Below, one piece after another: positions 9,756 through 19,138 of a stretch of 64,000 nucleotides of DNA. Each line of letters opens with the position of its first letter. Position 1 is the stretch's first letter. The DNA is from an uncultured delta proteobacterium (GTDB lineage Bacteria > Desulfobacterota > Binatia > Binatales > Binataceae). The DNA lies in contig CAVRVY010000002.1 in assembly GCA_963724765.1 (NCBI GenBank), positions 256,001 to 320,000 on the forward strand, given 5' to 3'. The notes beneath the pieces are model-generated. The model had not been told where the DNA came from. It searched no databases and saw nothing but the letters and a program-made list of their open reading frames with translations. The translations under genes were made by a program, and so were the position numbers.

Positions 9756-12329
9756 GTGCTGTCCTATAGGACAGCACCGAATGTTCAACCTCGGATAATT
9801 CAATGCGGGAGGCCGCGGTATCGTCACGTGGAATCGGAACCAATCATTGAGCTGTTATGTGAACTGGCGCTCGACCTCGGCGTAACCTGGAACCGTTACA
9901 GCGACGACATTTGGCGGCAGATAGATCCTGAGGTCTGGAGGATCACCCGTAATCCCTGGCTGATGCTGCAACAGGCGTCGGACAAGATGCTGAAGTCGAT
10001 GGCTGAGGACCGTGACCTGCGCCGTCGCCTCGAGCAACTGGTCGGAGCGAGGCGCAAAGCCTTACAGGCGCCAGGATGGTTCCAGAAGGCCCATCCCGGC
10101 TCGGCTCTCAACCACGTTGCGTACTTCAGCATGGAGTTCGGCCTGAGTGCGGCGCTGCCAATCTATTCGGGCGGTTTGGGCAACGTCGCCGGCGATCAAC
10201 TCAAGGCGGGCGGCGATCTGGGGGTGCCGATCGTGGGAGTCGGCTTGCTTTATCAGCAGGGCTATTCCAGGCAGGCGATCGACCATAGTGGTCAGCAACG
10301 CGACTTGTTTCCCTACAATCCGCCTTCCTGGCTGCCGATCACGGCGGTGCGCAATGCGGATGGCGAATTGATGCGGATCGAATTGGACCTTCCGGATTAC
10401 CACGTGCGGCTTCGAATATGGGAGGCCAAGGTCGGCCGCCTCAAACTCTATCTGCTCGACAGCAACGACCCTGGCAATATGCCGATGCATCGCGGAATCA
10501 CCAGCGAACTCTATGGTGGCGGCCCGGAGTTGCGGCTTCAGCAGGAACTCGTGCTGGGGATCGGCGGCTGGCGCCTGCTGAGAAGACTGGGGCACAACCC
10601 TGAAGTTTGCCATTTGAATGAGGGGCATGCGGCGTTCGCAGTTTTGGAGCGCGCGCTCGCGTTCATGAATGACTACAACCAGCCCTTTGACGTCGCGATC
10701 GCCGCGACCCGCGCCGGCAACGTGTTCACGACGCATACTCCCGTGGCGGCGGGTTTTGACCGATTCTCTCCCGCGCTCATTCAGCTTTACCTCGCGCGAT
10801 ACGCCCTCGAGCGCCTGCACATAAGCTTCAAGGAACTGATGGCGCTCGGGCGGGCCAATCCCGACGATGACGACGAACCATTCAATATGGCGTATCTGGC
10901 GGTTCGCGGCGCTGGAGCGATCAACGGCGTTAGCAAGCTCCACGGTAAGGTCAGCCGATCAATCTTCGAGCCGCTTTTCCCAGGGTGGCCAGTCGAGGAG
11001 ATTCCCATCGGCAGTGTCACCAACGGGGTGCATACGGCGAGCTGGGAGTCGGAGTTCGCCAACCGGCTCTGGACCGAGGCCTGCGGCACCGAGCGCTGGC
11101 TCGGCACGGCGAAGGGAATCGCCGAAAAAATCATGGCCGTCAGCGACGAGGCACTTTGGGATCTGCGGAGTAAGAACTGTCAGGAGTTGGTGCGTTTTGT
11201 GCGCTTGCGATCCCAGGTTCAGATGGCGGCGTATGGGGCGCCGAGCGAAAGAATCCAACGCGCAAAAACAATGTTCGATCCGAACGCGCTAACAATTGGC
11301 TTTGCGCGGCGGTTTGCCGCCTATAAACGGCCCGACCTGCTGCTCAACGATCCGGATCGCTTGGCCAGGATTCTTACCAACTCGCAGTATCCGGTGCAGT
11401 TGGTGGTCGCCGGCAAGGCGCATCCGGCGGACCAGCCCGGCAAACAGATGATCCATCAGATGATTCAATTCATTCGGCGCCCCGACATCGCCCAGCATGC
11501 CGTATTTCTGGTCGACTACGACATGCTCCTGGCGCAGCGCATCGTCGGCGGCGTCGACGTCTGGATCAACACTCCGCGCCGCCCCTGGGAAGCCTGCGGG
11601 ACCAGCGGAATGAAGGTGCTCGTCAACGGAGGCTTGAATCTTTCGACGCTTGATGGCTGGTGGGCTGAAGCCTACGAGCCGCAAGTCGGCTGGGCGATTG
11701 GTGACGGAAAAGGGCATGACGATGACGCCGCACGGGATGCGATCGAAGCTCGGCAGTTATACGACATCCTGGAGCGCGAGATCATTCCGAAATTTCACCA
11801 TCGCGACGCCGGCGGAGTGCCGCGCGAATGGATCGCCATCAAGCGCGAAAGCATGGCGCGCCTGACGCCGGAGTTTTCAGCCAACCGCGCGGTTCGCGAA
11901 TATACTGAGAAGTACTATCTTCCTGCCGCAGCCGCGTATCGCAAGCGCGCAGCGTCTCAAGGCGCGCTGACCCGAGACCTCGTGGATTGGCGCAAGTCTA
12001 TCGCGGAGCACTGGCCCGAGCTCAAGTTTGGTTCCGTCCACGTCGAGACCGCAGGCGGCTTTCACCAATTCCGCGTCCAGGTTTTTCTAGGGAGCCTCGA
12101 GCCGGAGGTGGTGCACGTCGAATTGTACGCAAATTCTCAAAACGGCGGTCACCCGTTGCGCCAGCCGATGGTCGTGGCCGAGGCTTTGGTCGGGGCGGCC
12201 GGCGGTTTTATCTTCGCCGCGCAGGTGCCGTCGAGCCGGCCCATCGGCGACTACACGGCGCGGATTATGCCGACGCATCACGACGTTAGCGTTCCGCTCG
12301 AAGAGATGGAGATCCTTTGGCAGCGATGA
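9756..12329 (+). CDS. glgP: Alpha-glucan (glycogen/maltodextrin) phosphorylase
   Basis: YFSMEFG, YSGGLG, HLNEGH, FARRFAAYKR, PLP-lysine motif EACGTSGMK; start uncertain. Confidence 0.95.
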   Translation: MLSYRTAPNVQPRIIQCGRPRYRHVESEPIIELLCELALDLGVTWNRYSDDIWRQIDPEVWRITRNPWLMLQQASDKMLKSMAEDRDLRRRLEQLVGARRKALQAPGWFQKAHPGSALNHVAYFSMEFGLSAALPIYSGGLGNVAGDQLKAGGDLGVPIVGVGLLYQQGYSRQAIDHSGQQRDLFPYNPPSWLPITAVRNADGELMRIELDLPDYHVRLRIWEAKVGRLKLYLLDSNDPGNMPMHRGITSELYGGGPELRLQQELVLGIGGWRLLRRLGHNPEVCHLNEGHAAFAVLERALAFMNDYNQPFDVAIAATRAGNVFTTHTPVAAGFDRFSPALIQLYLARYALERLHISFKELMALGRANPDDDDEPFNMAYLAVRGAGAINGVSKLHGKVSRSIFEPLFPGWPVEEIPIGSVTNGVHTASWESEFANRLWTEACGTERWLGTAKGIAEKIMAVSDEALWDLRSKNCQELVRFVRLRSQVQMAAYGAPSERIQRAKTMFDPNALTIGFARRFAAYKRPDLLLNDPDRLARILTNSQYPVQLVVAGKAHPADQPGKQMIHQMIQFIRRPDIAQHAVFLVDYDMLLAQRIVGGVDVWINTPRRPWEACGTSGMKVLVNGGLNLSTLDGWWAEAYEPQVGWAIGDGKGHDDDAARDAIEARQLYDILEREIIPKFHHRDAGGVPREWIAIKRESMARLTPEFSANRAVREYTEKYYLPAAAAYRKRAASQGALTRDLVDWRKSIAEHWPELKFGSVHVETAGGFHQFRVQVFLGSLEPEVVHVELYANSQNGGHPLRQPMVVAEALVGAAGGFIFAAQVPSSRPIGDYTARIMPTHHDVSVPLEEMEILWQR

Positions 12330-12433
12330 CTTGACCAGCCCTCACGCCGCGCCTTGGCTGTCGGCGCTTGTGCCGCTGCCATAATTCGCGCGGCGCAAAG
12401 CCGTTGCGCTCTGGCCCATTTCGCTCCGGCTTC

Positions 12434-12494
12434 TTCGGTCATCCTGAGCGAAGGTTGCCGAAGTGAAGGATCGACGCGGAGCGATTTTTGTGCT
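12434..12494. repeat. ~60-bp REP-like repeat (copy 2)
   Basis: Matches 7404-7463. Confidence 0.8.
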
Positions 12495-12559
12495 CATCGA
12501 TGCCCGCGGCGCTGAAAGGACTGTGTCGCGATCGGCCGCGAAATAGTCCGCCGCTATAT

Positions 12560-13726
12560 CTACTTATAGGCCCATAGCGGCGTCGATTCGGCTACCCCGC
12601 TGATGCTCTTTCCTTCCATCCCGATGAACACCTTGCGGCCGAGAAAAAACGGCAGTCCCCAATCGAAGATCGATTCGCCGATATTGGCGCCCAGGTCCGA
12701 GAAGACCGCGTTGGGCGTTGAGAACAGGGTATTGGCGTCGGCGATGTCGAAGTCGACCACGCCCGAGACGAGATCGTCATAACTGGTGTTGGTCGCGCTT
12801 TGAGCGGACAGCGCCCCCGGGCAGTACCATCCCCCAGGGCATACCGGCAAATTGGGGTTGTCATAGAAAAAGCCGTTGGAGCCGCTGTCGATGAAACTGG
12901 GAATACCACTTTCGCCGTGGAAGGTGGTCGTGAACATGAGAGTGCTGGGGTCGGCGGTATAGACACTGAAAGTGTCGGGGATCTGATTATTGCTCTCGGT
13001 ATTGACCCCGAAGATCAATTGTCCGGTCAGCGTCAGGGCGCCGCCAGTCGGCGGCAGCTCGAAGTTCAGCATTACGCCATTATTATCGACCGGGAGCAGC
13101 CCGACCGGGTTCTGTACCTGGTCGGCGAGCGCAGGTGGGGTGTTCAATTTACTGCACACGTTGGCCGAGTTGCAGCTGTAGTAGTCGGTGAAGGCGCCAT
13201 CGTACTGGAGCAGCCCCACGCCGAGGATGCCGTTGAAGTTCGACGCCAGCGGCGCCCAGGCGATCGGCGTGCCGTCGTAGCATTGCGAGGGACGATGTCC
13301 CGCGGAGGGGAAGCTAGCATTGATGACCTGCACTGGCAGATTCTGGATTTTTGGTTCGCCGCCCATCTGCACGTCGGCCGTCGCGACCCGTCCCCAGGCG
13401 GTCATCGAGCCGAAATAGGCGCACTCCGCGATCTTGTCGGAACCCGAGGTCTGCACCGGCAGCGCCACGGTGAGCGCCTTCGCAAAGATCCTCAGCCCGA
13501 AGGAGCCGGTGTCGATCAGGAGATTGCCGACGGTCTGGCATTGCGTCGTGCCGGGCACGCACACCGTGATGTGGCCGTAGGGGATATCAACGCCATCGCC
13601 GTTTAAGCCGGCGTTGATGTTGGCGTTCATCTCATTGCTGGCCGCCGCGAAACCCGGCGTCGCGGAGGCCAGCGTCGCCAGCACCATCGCCACAATCGCG
13701 AACATCGTCACGTTGCGCAGCTTCAT
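12560..13726 (-). CDS. DUF3443-family exported protein, pepsin-like (paralog 2)
   Basis: LIDTGS, NGILGVG, QNPV, DNNG, FIDSGS, FDWGLPFFLGR; signal peptide. Confidence 0.87.
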   Translation of the reverse strand: MKLRNVTMFAIVAMVLATLASATPGFAAASNEMNANINAGLNGDGVDIPYGHITVCVPGTTQCQTVGNLLIDTGSFGLRIFAKALTVALPVQTSGSDKIAECAYFGSMTAWGRVATADVQMGGEPKIQNLPVQVINASFPSAGHRPSQCYDGTPIAWAPLASNFNGILGVGLLQYDGAFTDYYSCNSANVCSKLNTPPALADQVQNPVGLLPVDNNGVMLNFELPPTGGALTLTGQLIFGVNTESNNQIPDTFSVYTADPSTLMFTTTFHGESGIPSFIDSGSNGFFYDNPNLPVCPGGWYCPGALSAQSATNTSYDDLVSGVVDFDIADANTLFSTPNAVFSDLGANIGESIFDWGLPFFLGRKVFIGMEGKSISGVAESTPLWAYK

Positions 13727-14238
13727 TTGATCTCCGAAGGATTAACGCCCGCAGGCATCGCTGCCGGGAGATATGCGCGTCCCCACATGAAGCCCATATG
13801 GCCCGCCGTCTCGACCGTCACGTCGCTCGCGTGCACCGACGACGTATGAAGTCCGAACGGGCTTGGCGCGCCGGTGTTGGCGGCGTCGCTGTACTGTTTG
13901 AAATAACTACCGAGCAGAGTTGCGACGTCAGGCGGTTTCGGCCCGCGCCAGCTCACCGCGAACACCGTCCCGTTCTGGCCAACGTATTCGCTCACCACGG
14001 TGCCGTCGGGAGTCGTAAGCTGCTCGATGCTGAAATTGCCCGAAGCGGGAGCGTTTTGCGCCGGCAGTCCAGGCAGCGGCTGCGCAGTATTCGCCCCAGC
14101 CGTCGCATTCATTTGTGATGCGTCGGCGGCGACCGACGCGGCCGGCTCACCCAGCGTGGCGCGCGCGCTAGATGGCGCTCCTATGAGAATAAGGCCGCCC
14201 GCCAGCAGCGCCAGATTCAGGAAAGGTAGAATTTTCAT
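13723..14238 (-). CDS. DUF2844-family exported protein (paralog 2)
   Basis: VFAVSWRGPKPPDVATLLGSYF, ETAGHMG; ATGA overlap with DUF3443. Confidence 0.87.
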   Translation of the reverse strand: MKILPFLNLALLAGGLILIGAPSSARATLGEPAASVAADASQMNATAGANTAQPLPGLPAQNAPASGNFSIEQLTTPDGTVVSEYVGQNGTVFAVSWRGPKPPDVATLLGSYFKQYSDAANTGAPSPFGLHTSSVHASDVTVETAGHMGFMWGRAYLPAAMPAGVNPSEIK

Positions 14239-14544
14239 TGATTTTGGCCCCTCAAAAGTCTAACGGCTCGGCTATAGCCTTGCAACGTGAAGTGATGCCA
14301 AGAATCGCCAATCATCGAGAATGAGTCTTACGTCATCGTGCCTATATGAAGCCTAGAACGGTCGATTCAGTCAGCGATAACAAAATTACTCGATCTGCAT
14401 GTTTATTAGATGCTCAACGATGAAAATCAGAAGTACGAGCATTTTAATAGCGTTTAACAGTTGCAATAGATGCTGAAACATGTTTAGATTGTGTCCATGA
14501 TGTTTCACATCGAGACATCACGGAGGCCGGGGATCGATATCGCC

Positions 14545-14721
14545 GCGTGACCGGCGTGAGAAATGAAACGAAGGGTGGGACACCGAGTAATGCGAACCAT
14601 CGCGCTCAGCTTCCATGCCTCGACGCCCATGCCGGCCTGATGGAGGACTGGCGTGGTGCTCGGTGGAGCCGCGAGGTGATCAGGACCGCCAGCGGTGGCC
14701 CTTGATGACACTCACACGCGC
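14545..14721 (+). ncRNA. Candidate structured non-coding RNA, family unknown
   Basis: Nested stems GTGAG/CTCAC, AAGGGT/GCCCTT, CACCGAGTA/TGCTCGGTG, ATGC/GCGT, CCATC/GATGG; G-U wobbles fit the + strand; CC-GCGA-GG tetraloop. Confidence 0.4.
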
Positions 14722-15040
14722 TGAAGATACCGCGCCCCCGCCCGTATAGTTTCCCGTCCTTTACCCCCGTGGCGCAGTCCGCTGACCCCGGCCGCGCCAC
14801 AACCCCAGACCCGCCGCCGCGCGCCCCCCGACGCGCGGCGGCGGGCACCCCCTCGCTAGTTCCCTGCATCAGCATATTCGCTTTCTATCGCGCCCGCCCG
14901 ACCCCTGCGCCGACACGCCCGGGCCTCCGTTTATGTCGTCCGCCAGCCCGAAGTTGTACGATGGAAGCGGCCCTTGGGCCGCCCCTTTAGCGGGTGTTCA
15001 TCCGGGCCACACAATCCTTCCGCCATGAAAGGGGCAAAAG

Positions 15041-15661
15041 ATGATCAATAAGGACCGTTGGAGCAATTTCGCGATGGCAATCGCAGGTGGCGTGGTCGGT
15101 GCGATAGTGGCCGGCTCGGGACTGCCCGGGCGGCTATGGCCTGCGGCCACCGCCGAGGCCGCCGCGACGCATCATCATGTGCGCGCGATCGAGGCTCAGC
15201 AGTTTATCCTGGTCGATCAGTTGGGGATTAAGCGGGCCGAACTCGTGATGGACCGTGGCGAGCCGCTGCTCGAGTTTTACGGACCGACCGGCAAGACCCA
15301 GCGCGCCTCGATCGGCGTGGATATGAAGGGCACGGCGCGAGTGCGCTTTTATTCCAGCACCGGAGTTTCACAGGCTGCGCTCGGCGTGACCGGCGAAGGA
15401 CGCGCGGGACTGGCGCTGCTCGACCGCTCGGAGCATCTGCGCGCCACCTTCGACGTGGCGATCGGTGGCGAGCCGACACTGCGGCTCTATGACGAAAAGG
15501 GCGCCCGCATCGGGCTGGACATCACCGAGGCCGGCTCACCCGGGCTCGCGCTGCTCGCCCCTGACGGCAAGACGCGCGAGGCGATGGTGCTGAGCAACGA
15601 CGGCAATCCGTCGCTGACGCTGTATGGTGCCGACGGCAATCCCATAAAAGCGCTGCCGTAG
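15041..15661 (+). CDS. Exported hypothetical protein with ~22-aa beta-hairpin-like repeats
   Basis: N-terminal hydrophobic segment; repeats L.(L/F)YD..G..RA.l.v...G.P; purine-rich RBS-like AAAGGGG upstream. Confidence 0.8.
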   Translation: MINKDRWSNFAMAIAGGVVGAIVAGSGLPGRLWPAATAEAAATHHHVRAIEAQQFILVDQLGIKRAELVMDRGEPLLEFYGPTGKTQRASIGVDMKGTARVRFYSSTGVSQAALGVTGEGRAGLALLDRSEHLRATFDVAIGGEPTLRLYDEKGARIGLDITEAGSPGLALLAPDGKTREAMVLSNDGNPSLTLYGADGNPIKALP

Positions 15662-15692
15662 CGTCTCGCCGCGACCCTCCACCCCCCAGGAC

Positions 15693-15739
15693 GCGCGGAT
15701 GGCGCCGGGGGGCGACGCGCCCCCCGGCGCCATCCGCGC
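15693..15739. terminator. Perfect 22-bp GC-rich hairpin between convergent genes (terminator or REP-like); left boundary of the Mu-like module
   Basis: GCGCGGATGGCGCCGGGGGGCG-acg-CGCCCCCCGGCGCCATCCGCGC; no U-tract. Confidence 0.55.
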
Positions 15740-15813
15740 TCGCACCATCGCCCGCACGCGCGAGCGCCGCGGCGCTCGCGCGTGCGGGCATCCGCGGCGG
15801 CGGCGCGCCCGCG

Positions 15814-17229
15814 CTACGCGCGGCGCGCCGCCGCCGCCGGCTCCAGCAGCGGCTCGTCGGCTGCCGGCTCCGGCAGCCCGAGCCGCCGCAGCACTTCGCG
15901 CTGGCCGACCCGCAGGCCGCGGTCGGCCAGCTCGGACACCATATCGGCGAACAGCTTGACGTCGTTGTCGGCGCTGAGGCCCAGCGCGATCTGCGGATAG
16001 CGGCGCTGCGGTCCCAGGTTGAGATCGACGATCGGCCGCACCAGATCGCGCGTGAGCGTCGCCCCCAGGCGGCGCGCGTCGGACTCCATGATGTCGCGGC
16101 GCACCGCGTCGTGCACCTGGGCCGCCGCCCGCGAGCCGCCGCCCTCGCGCGGCGTCTCGGTGGTCAGCGTCTGCCCCAGCACGGCCTTGCTCACCTGCTT
16201 GTCGAGGTACTCGCAGAAGCGCTCGTAGACTTCGGCGCCGCCGCCCTGGCGGGTCTCGACGAATTCGATCAGCATCGACTCCGGAATTATCGCGGCCGCA
16301 TCCGTGCCGATATTCGCGACCGCGCTCAGCAGCGCCTGCTTGTCGGCTTCGGTTGCGCCGGGGCTGTATTTGCCCAGACGCAGCGGCTGGCCGAAGACCT
16401 CGGCGAACGTCACCCAGTCCTTGAGCACGTAATTCTTGAACAGGTAGGCCCATCCGGCCGCCCGCGCAATTCCGCCGCGCACCGGCAGTCCGGCCTTGGC
16501 CTTGGCCGTGTGCACGATAAACTTGAACGGCGCGAGCGGCGCCGTCAGCGGCTGGATTCCAATTCGCGCCTCCCCGCCGGCCCCGGCGTACCATCGCGAT
16601 CGCCCGTAATGCGGCGCGTGCGCCGCCGGCGCATCGGGCGACAGTTTCGCGGGCGAGACCGCCGCGGCGTCCGCCGGCACCAGCGGTCCTTCGTCGCGCA
16701 GCGTGCGCACCAGCAGTTCCTCGCCCGAGATCCAGTCGAACATGAACCAGCGCGGGTCGCGCCACAGCAGGCGCTTGGGGATCCATTCGCGGCCGCTCGT
16801 GTCCCAGATTATTTCGGTTGCGGAGAAGCCCTTGCCGACCGCGTCGAGGATATCGTAGAGCGCGCTTTCGAGGTCGAACGCGCCGCCGCCGACGAAGTCG
16901 CGCACCAGGTCGGCCGCGCGCCGATCTTCGGGCGCAGCGGAGGCCGGCGTGACGATCAGCTCGGCCCCGGCGACGGCCTGTTTGCGGGTGCTGATCACGG
17001 CCAGGTAATGCAGGTCCTTCTCTTCCATCTCCTCGGCCAGTTCGAGGTAGAGATAAGGATCGCCGGCTTCGGCCTCGCGCTGGATCGCGATCAGCTTTTC
17101 GGGCGTGAGCCCGACCGACGGATGCATCATCGAGTAGATATTGCGCACGCCGGCCATGGTGGGCGCGGCCTGCTCGCCGCGCAGTTGTGCGGTATCGACC
17201 TCGCGCCCGTACGCGTCATACAACTTCAT
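15814..17229 (-). CDS. Mu gp29-like portal protein (DUF935)
   Basis: EMEEKDLH, DAVGKGFS, YLFKNY..KDW..FAEVFGQPLRLGKY, SKAVLGQTLTT, VH..VR.DI. Confidence 0.92.
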   Translation of the reverse strand: MKLYDAYGREVDTAQLRGEQAAPTMAGVRNIYSMMHPSVGLTPEKLIAIQREAEAGDPYLYLELAEEMEEKDLHYLAVISTRKQAVAGAELIVTPASAAPEDRRAADLVRDFVGGGAFDLESALYDILDAVGKGFSATEIIWDTSGREWIPKRLLWRDPRWFMFDWISGEELLVRTLRDEGPLVPADAAAVSPAKLSPDAPAAHAPHYGRSRWYAGAGGEARIGIQPLTAPLAPFKFIVHTAKAKAGLPVRGGIARAAGWAYLFKNYVLKDWVTFAEVFGQPLRLGKYSPGATEADKQALLSAVANIGTDAAAIIPESMLIEFVETRQGGGAEVYERFCEYLDKQVSKAVLGQTLTTETPREGGGSRAAAQVHDAVRRDIMESDARRLGATLTRDLVRPIVDLNLGPQRRYPQIALGLSADNDVKLFADMVSELADRGLRVGQREVLRRLGLPEPAADEPLLEPAAAARRA

Positions 17230-17306
17230 GCTTTCTCACCAACCTGGTTCTTATGCTTTCTTCTTTTAAGCAAGGGGGCAGCGGCGCAATTCTCCCGGCC
17301 CCCCCT

Positions 17307-18839
17307 CTACATCCACGCCCACGCGCGCGCGCGGCTCCCGCGCGCGGCCAGCGGCGCCGCGTCCTCGTCCGGCGGCCCGAACGGATCGCGCTCGCGGCGC
17401 GCGGACGCCGTCGCCGCCGCGCGCCGCGGCGCGGGCGTGTAAGCGGGTTCCTGGGCGCGGATACTGCTCGCATAGTAGGCGAGCGCGCCGGCGATCGCCG
17501 CGTCGCCGTGGCGTCCCTTCTGATCGCGCCGCTCCGACACATGGGCGTAGCCGTGCTCGATTTCGAGTGCGCGATGGTCCGCGAGGATTTCCGCGTCGCA
17601 CGGCAGCTCGACCATCCCGTCCTCGAACGCCGCCTTGTAGCGCGGCATATTCTCGCGGTACCACTGCGCCGAGAGCATCACCTGCTCGACCCGTGCGCCG
17701 TAGCGCTGGCGCGCGGTCTCGGCCAGGTATTGCCCGTTGCCGCGCGCGTCCAGCGCGCCGCCGATGAGGCGCGGCAGCCGGTCCACGATATAAAACAGAA
17801 TCTGTTCCTGCTGGCGGAAGGGCACCCGGCGCAGCTCGACCACGAACGGCGTGCGCCGCACCAGGTTGGGCTGAATCTGCAGCGGCCAGAAGACGCTCAG
17901 GTCGCCGTTGCGCCCGAAGTCCTCGCCGAAGCAGCTCATCAGGTTGTCCAGCCGCTTGAGCGCCGGGTCGAGGTTGCGCTCGCACCATTCGCGCGCCGCG
18001 CCCACCCGATACTCCTCGGGCCGTTCGCTGAACTCCTCCGCCACTTCCCAGCGCAGCACCGGCACGCCCGCGCGCATCCGGCTCTCGACCAGCATCGAGC
18101 TCAAAAACGCGCCCGAACTCGCGCGCGGCACGCACAGCAGTTCCTCGCTCGCGGCGTCGCCGTACTCGGCGAAGATCCGCGCGCGCCACTCGCGCTCGGC
18201 CGCCGCGCTGAAGCGCCGCCCCGCCTTCTGGCACATCCGATGGTACAGCCCCTCGCAGAGCGCGTCGTCCAGCGTCACGCGATGGAGCGAGAACGGACGG
18301 CGGCCGGCACGGATGTCGTTGACCAGCTCGTTGAACGGGTTCTCGGCCCCGTTGTGAGTCGAGATCACGCGCACCAGCCCGCCCCACATGGTGAACGCCA
18401 TCGCGGCCTTCATCAGTTCGGGGAGGTTGTCGTGGAAGGCGGCCTCGTCGATCACGGCGCGGCCCTGTTTGCCGCGCAGGTTGGAGGGGCGCGAGCTGAG
18501 CGCGACGATTTTGTGTCCGGAGGCGAAGCGGATTCGATAGGCGAGCAGGTCGCGGCGCTCGTCCTCCAGCGCGATCTCTTCGATCGCGTGCGCCGCCTTG
18601 TTGAACTGGCGCGCCCACGCGGCCGCCGTCTCGACAAACTCGCGCGCCATGTCGCGGTTGTAGCCGAGGTACCAGGTGTCCATCCCGGCCGTGGCCGCGG
18701 CCGAGAGCGCGGCGTCGGCGGCCTCGGCCCAGGTGATCCCGACGCGGCGCGATTTCTCGGCCACCTTGACCGCGGCGTTGTCGGCGATCCAGCGCACCTG
18801 GTAGGGCAGGAGGACGTCGCGCGCGACGGTGTGAATCAT
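17307..18839 (-). CDS. Mu gp28-like terminase large subunit
   Basis: LLPYQ..W, Walker A KSRRVGITW, NLRGKQG, Walker B VIDEAAFH, STHNG, nuclease GEDFGRNGD, HGDAAIA. Confidence 0.92.
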   Translation of the reverse strand: MIHTVARDVLLPYQVRWIADNAAVKVAEKSRRVGITWAEAADAALSAAATAGMDTWYLGYNRDMAREFVETAAAWARQFNKAAHAIEEIALEDERRDLLAYRIRFASGHKIVALSSRPSNLRGKQGRAVIDEAAFHDNLPELMKAAMAFTMWGGLVRVISTHNGAENPFNELVNDIRAGRRPFSLHRVTLDDALCEGLYHRMCQKAGRRFSAAAEREWRARIFAEYGDAASEELLCVPRASSGAFLSSMLVESRMRAGVPVLRWEVAEEFSERPEEYRVGAAREWCERNLDPALKRLDNLMSCFGEDFGRNGDLSVFWPLQIQPNLVRRTPFVVELRRVPFRQQEQILFYIVDRLPRLIGGALDARGNGQYLAETARQRYGARVEQVMLSAQWYRENMPRYKAAFEDGMVELPCDAEILADHRALEIEHGYAHVSERRDQKGRHGDAAIAGALAYYASSIRAQEPAYTPAPRRAAATASARRERDPFGPPDEDAAPLAARGSRARAWAWM

Positions 18840-18985
18840 GCTGGGGGGGGCGCGGTTTGTTCGCCGGCTTTTTCCGCACTCTGGGCGGCACCGGCGCCGC
18901 CAGTTTTGTCGCTCTTGACCCGCCGCGGCTGCGCCTGGGGAGGTGCGTCGCCGTCCGTTTGCGCTCGCGTAGTCCTGCGATTCAT
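18836..18985 (-). CDS. 49-aa low-complexity ORF coupled to terL, or a frameshifted terL N-terminus
   Basis: RBS GGAGGTG before ATG 18985; ends CCC CCC CCA GCA TGA overlapping the terL ATG; C8 tract at the junction. Confidence 0.45.
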   Translation of the reverse strand: MNRRTTRAQTDGDAPPQAQPRRVKSDKTGGAGAAQSAEKAGEQTAPPPA

Positions 18986-19012
18986 CGCGTCACCTCCCAT
19001 TTTTTCATTGAC

Positions 19013-19079
19013 ACTCGCGACGCCCCTCCGATGTCGGCGCTTGTGCGATGCTGGGCGTTCTGTTTGCTGGCTCGCGCAA
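19013..19079 (-). repeat. ~67-bp conserved leader element (copy 1), 28 nt upstream of ATG 18985
   Basis: Aligns with 22746-22813, with identical ends and a variable centre. Confidence 0.8.
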
Positions 19080-19138
19080 ACGTCTTACTCACAAATCCCT
19101 CGTCGCCGCTCCGACGCCGCGGCTGATAGCGTTGCCAC

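Noticed and set aside
14554-14715. Hammerhead, SAM-I riboswitch or 6S identity for the candidate RNA
   Set aside because: Only partial motifs (TTGATGA/GAAAC, GGAGGACTGGC); the required helices do not fit
19013-19079. c-di-GMP-I riboswitch identity for the repeated leader
   Set aside because: Has GCAAAC but lacks the GNRA hairpin and GACGCAAAGC core
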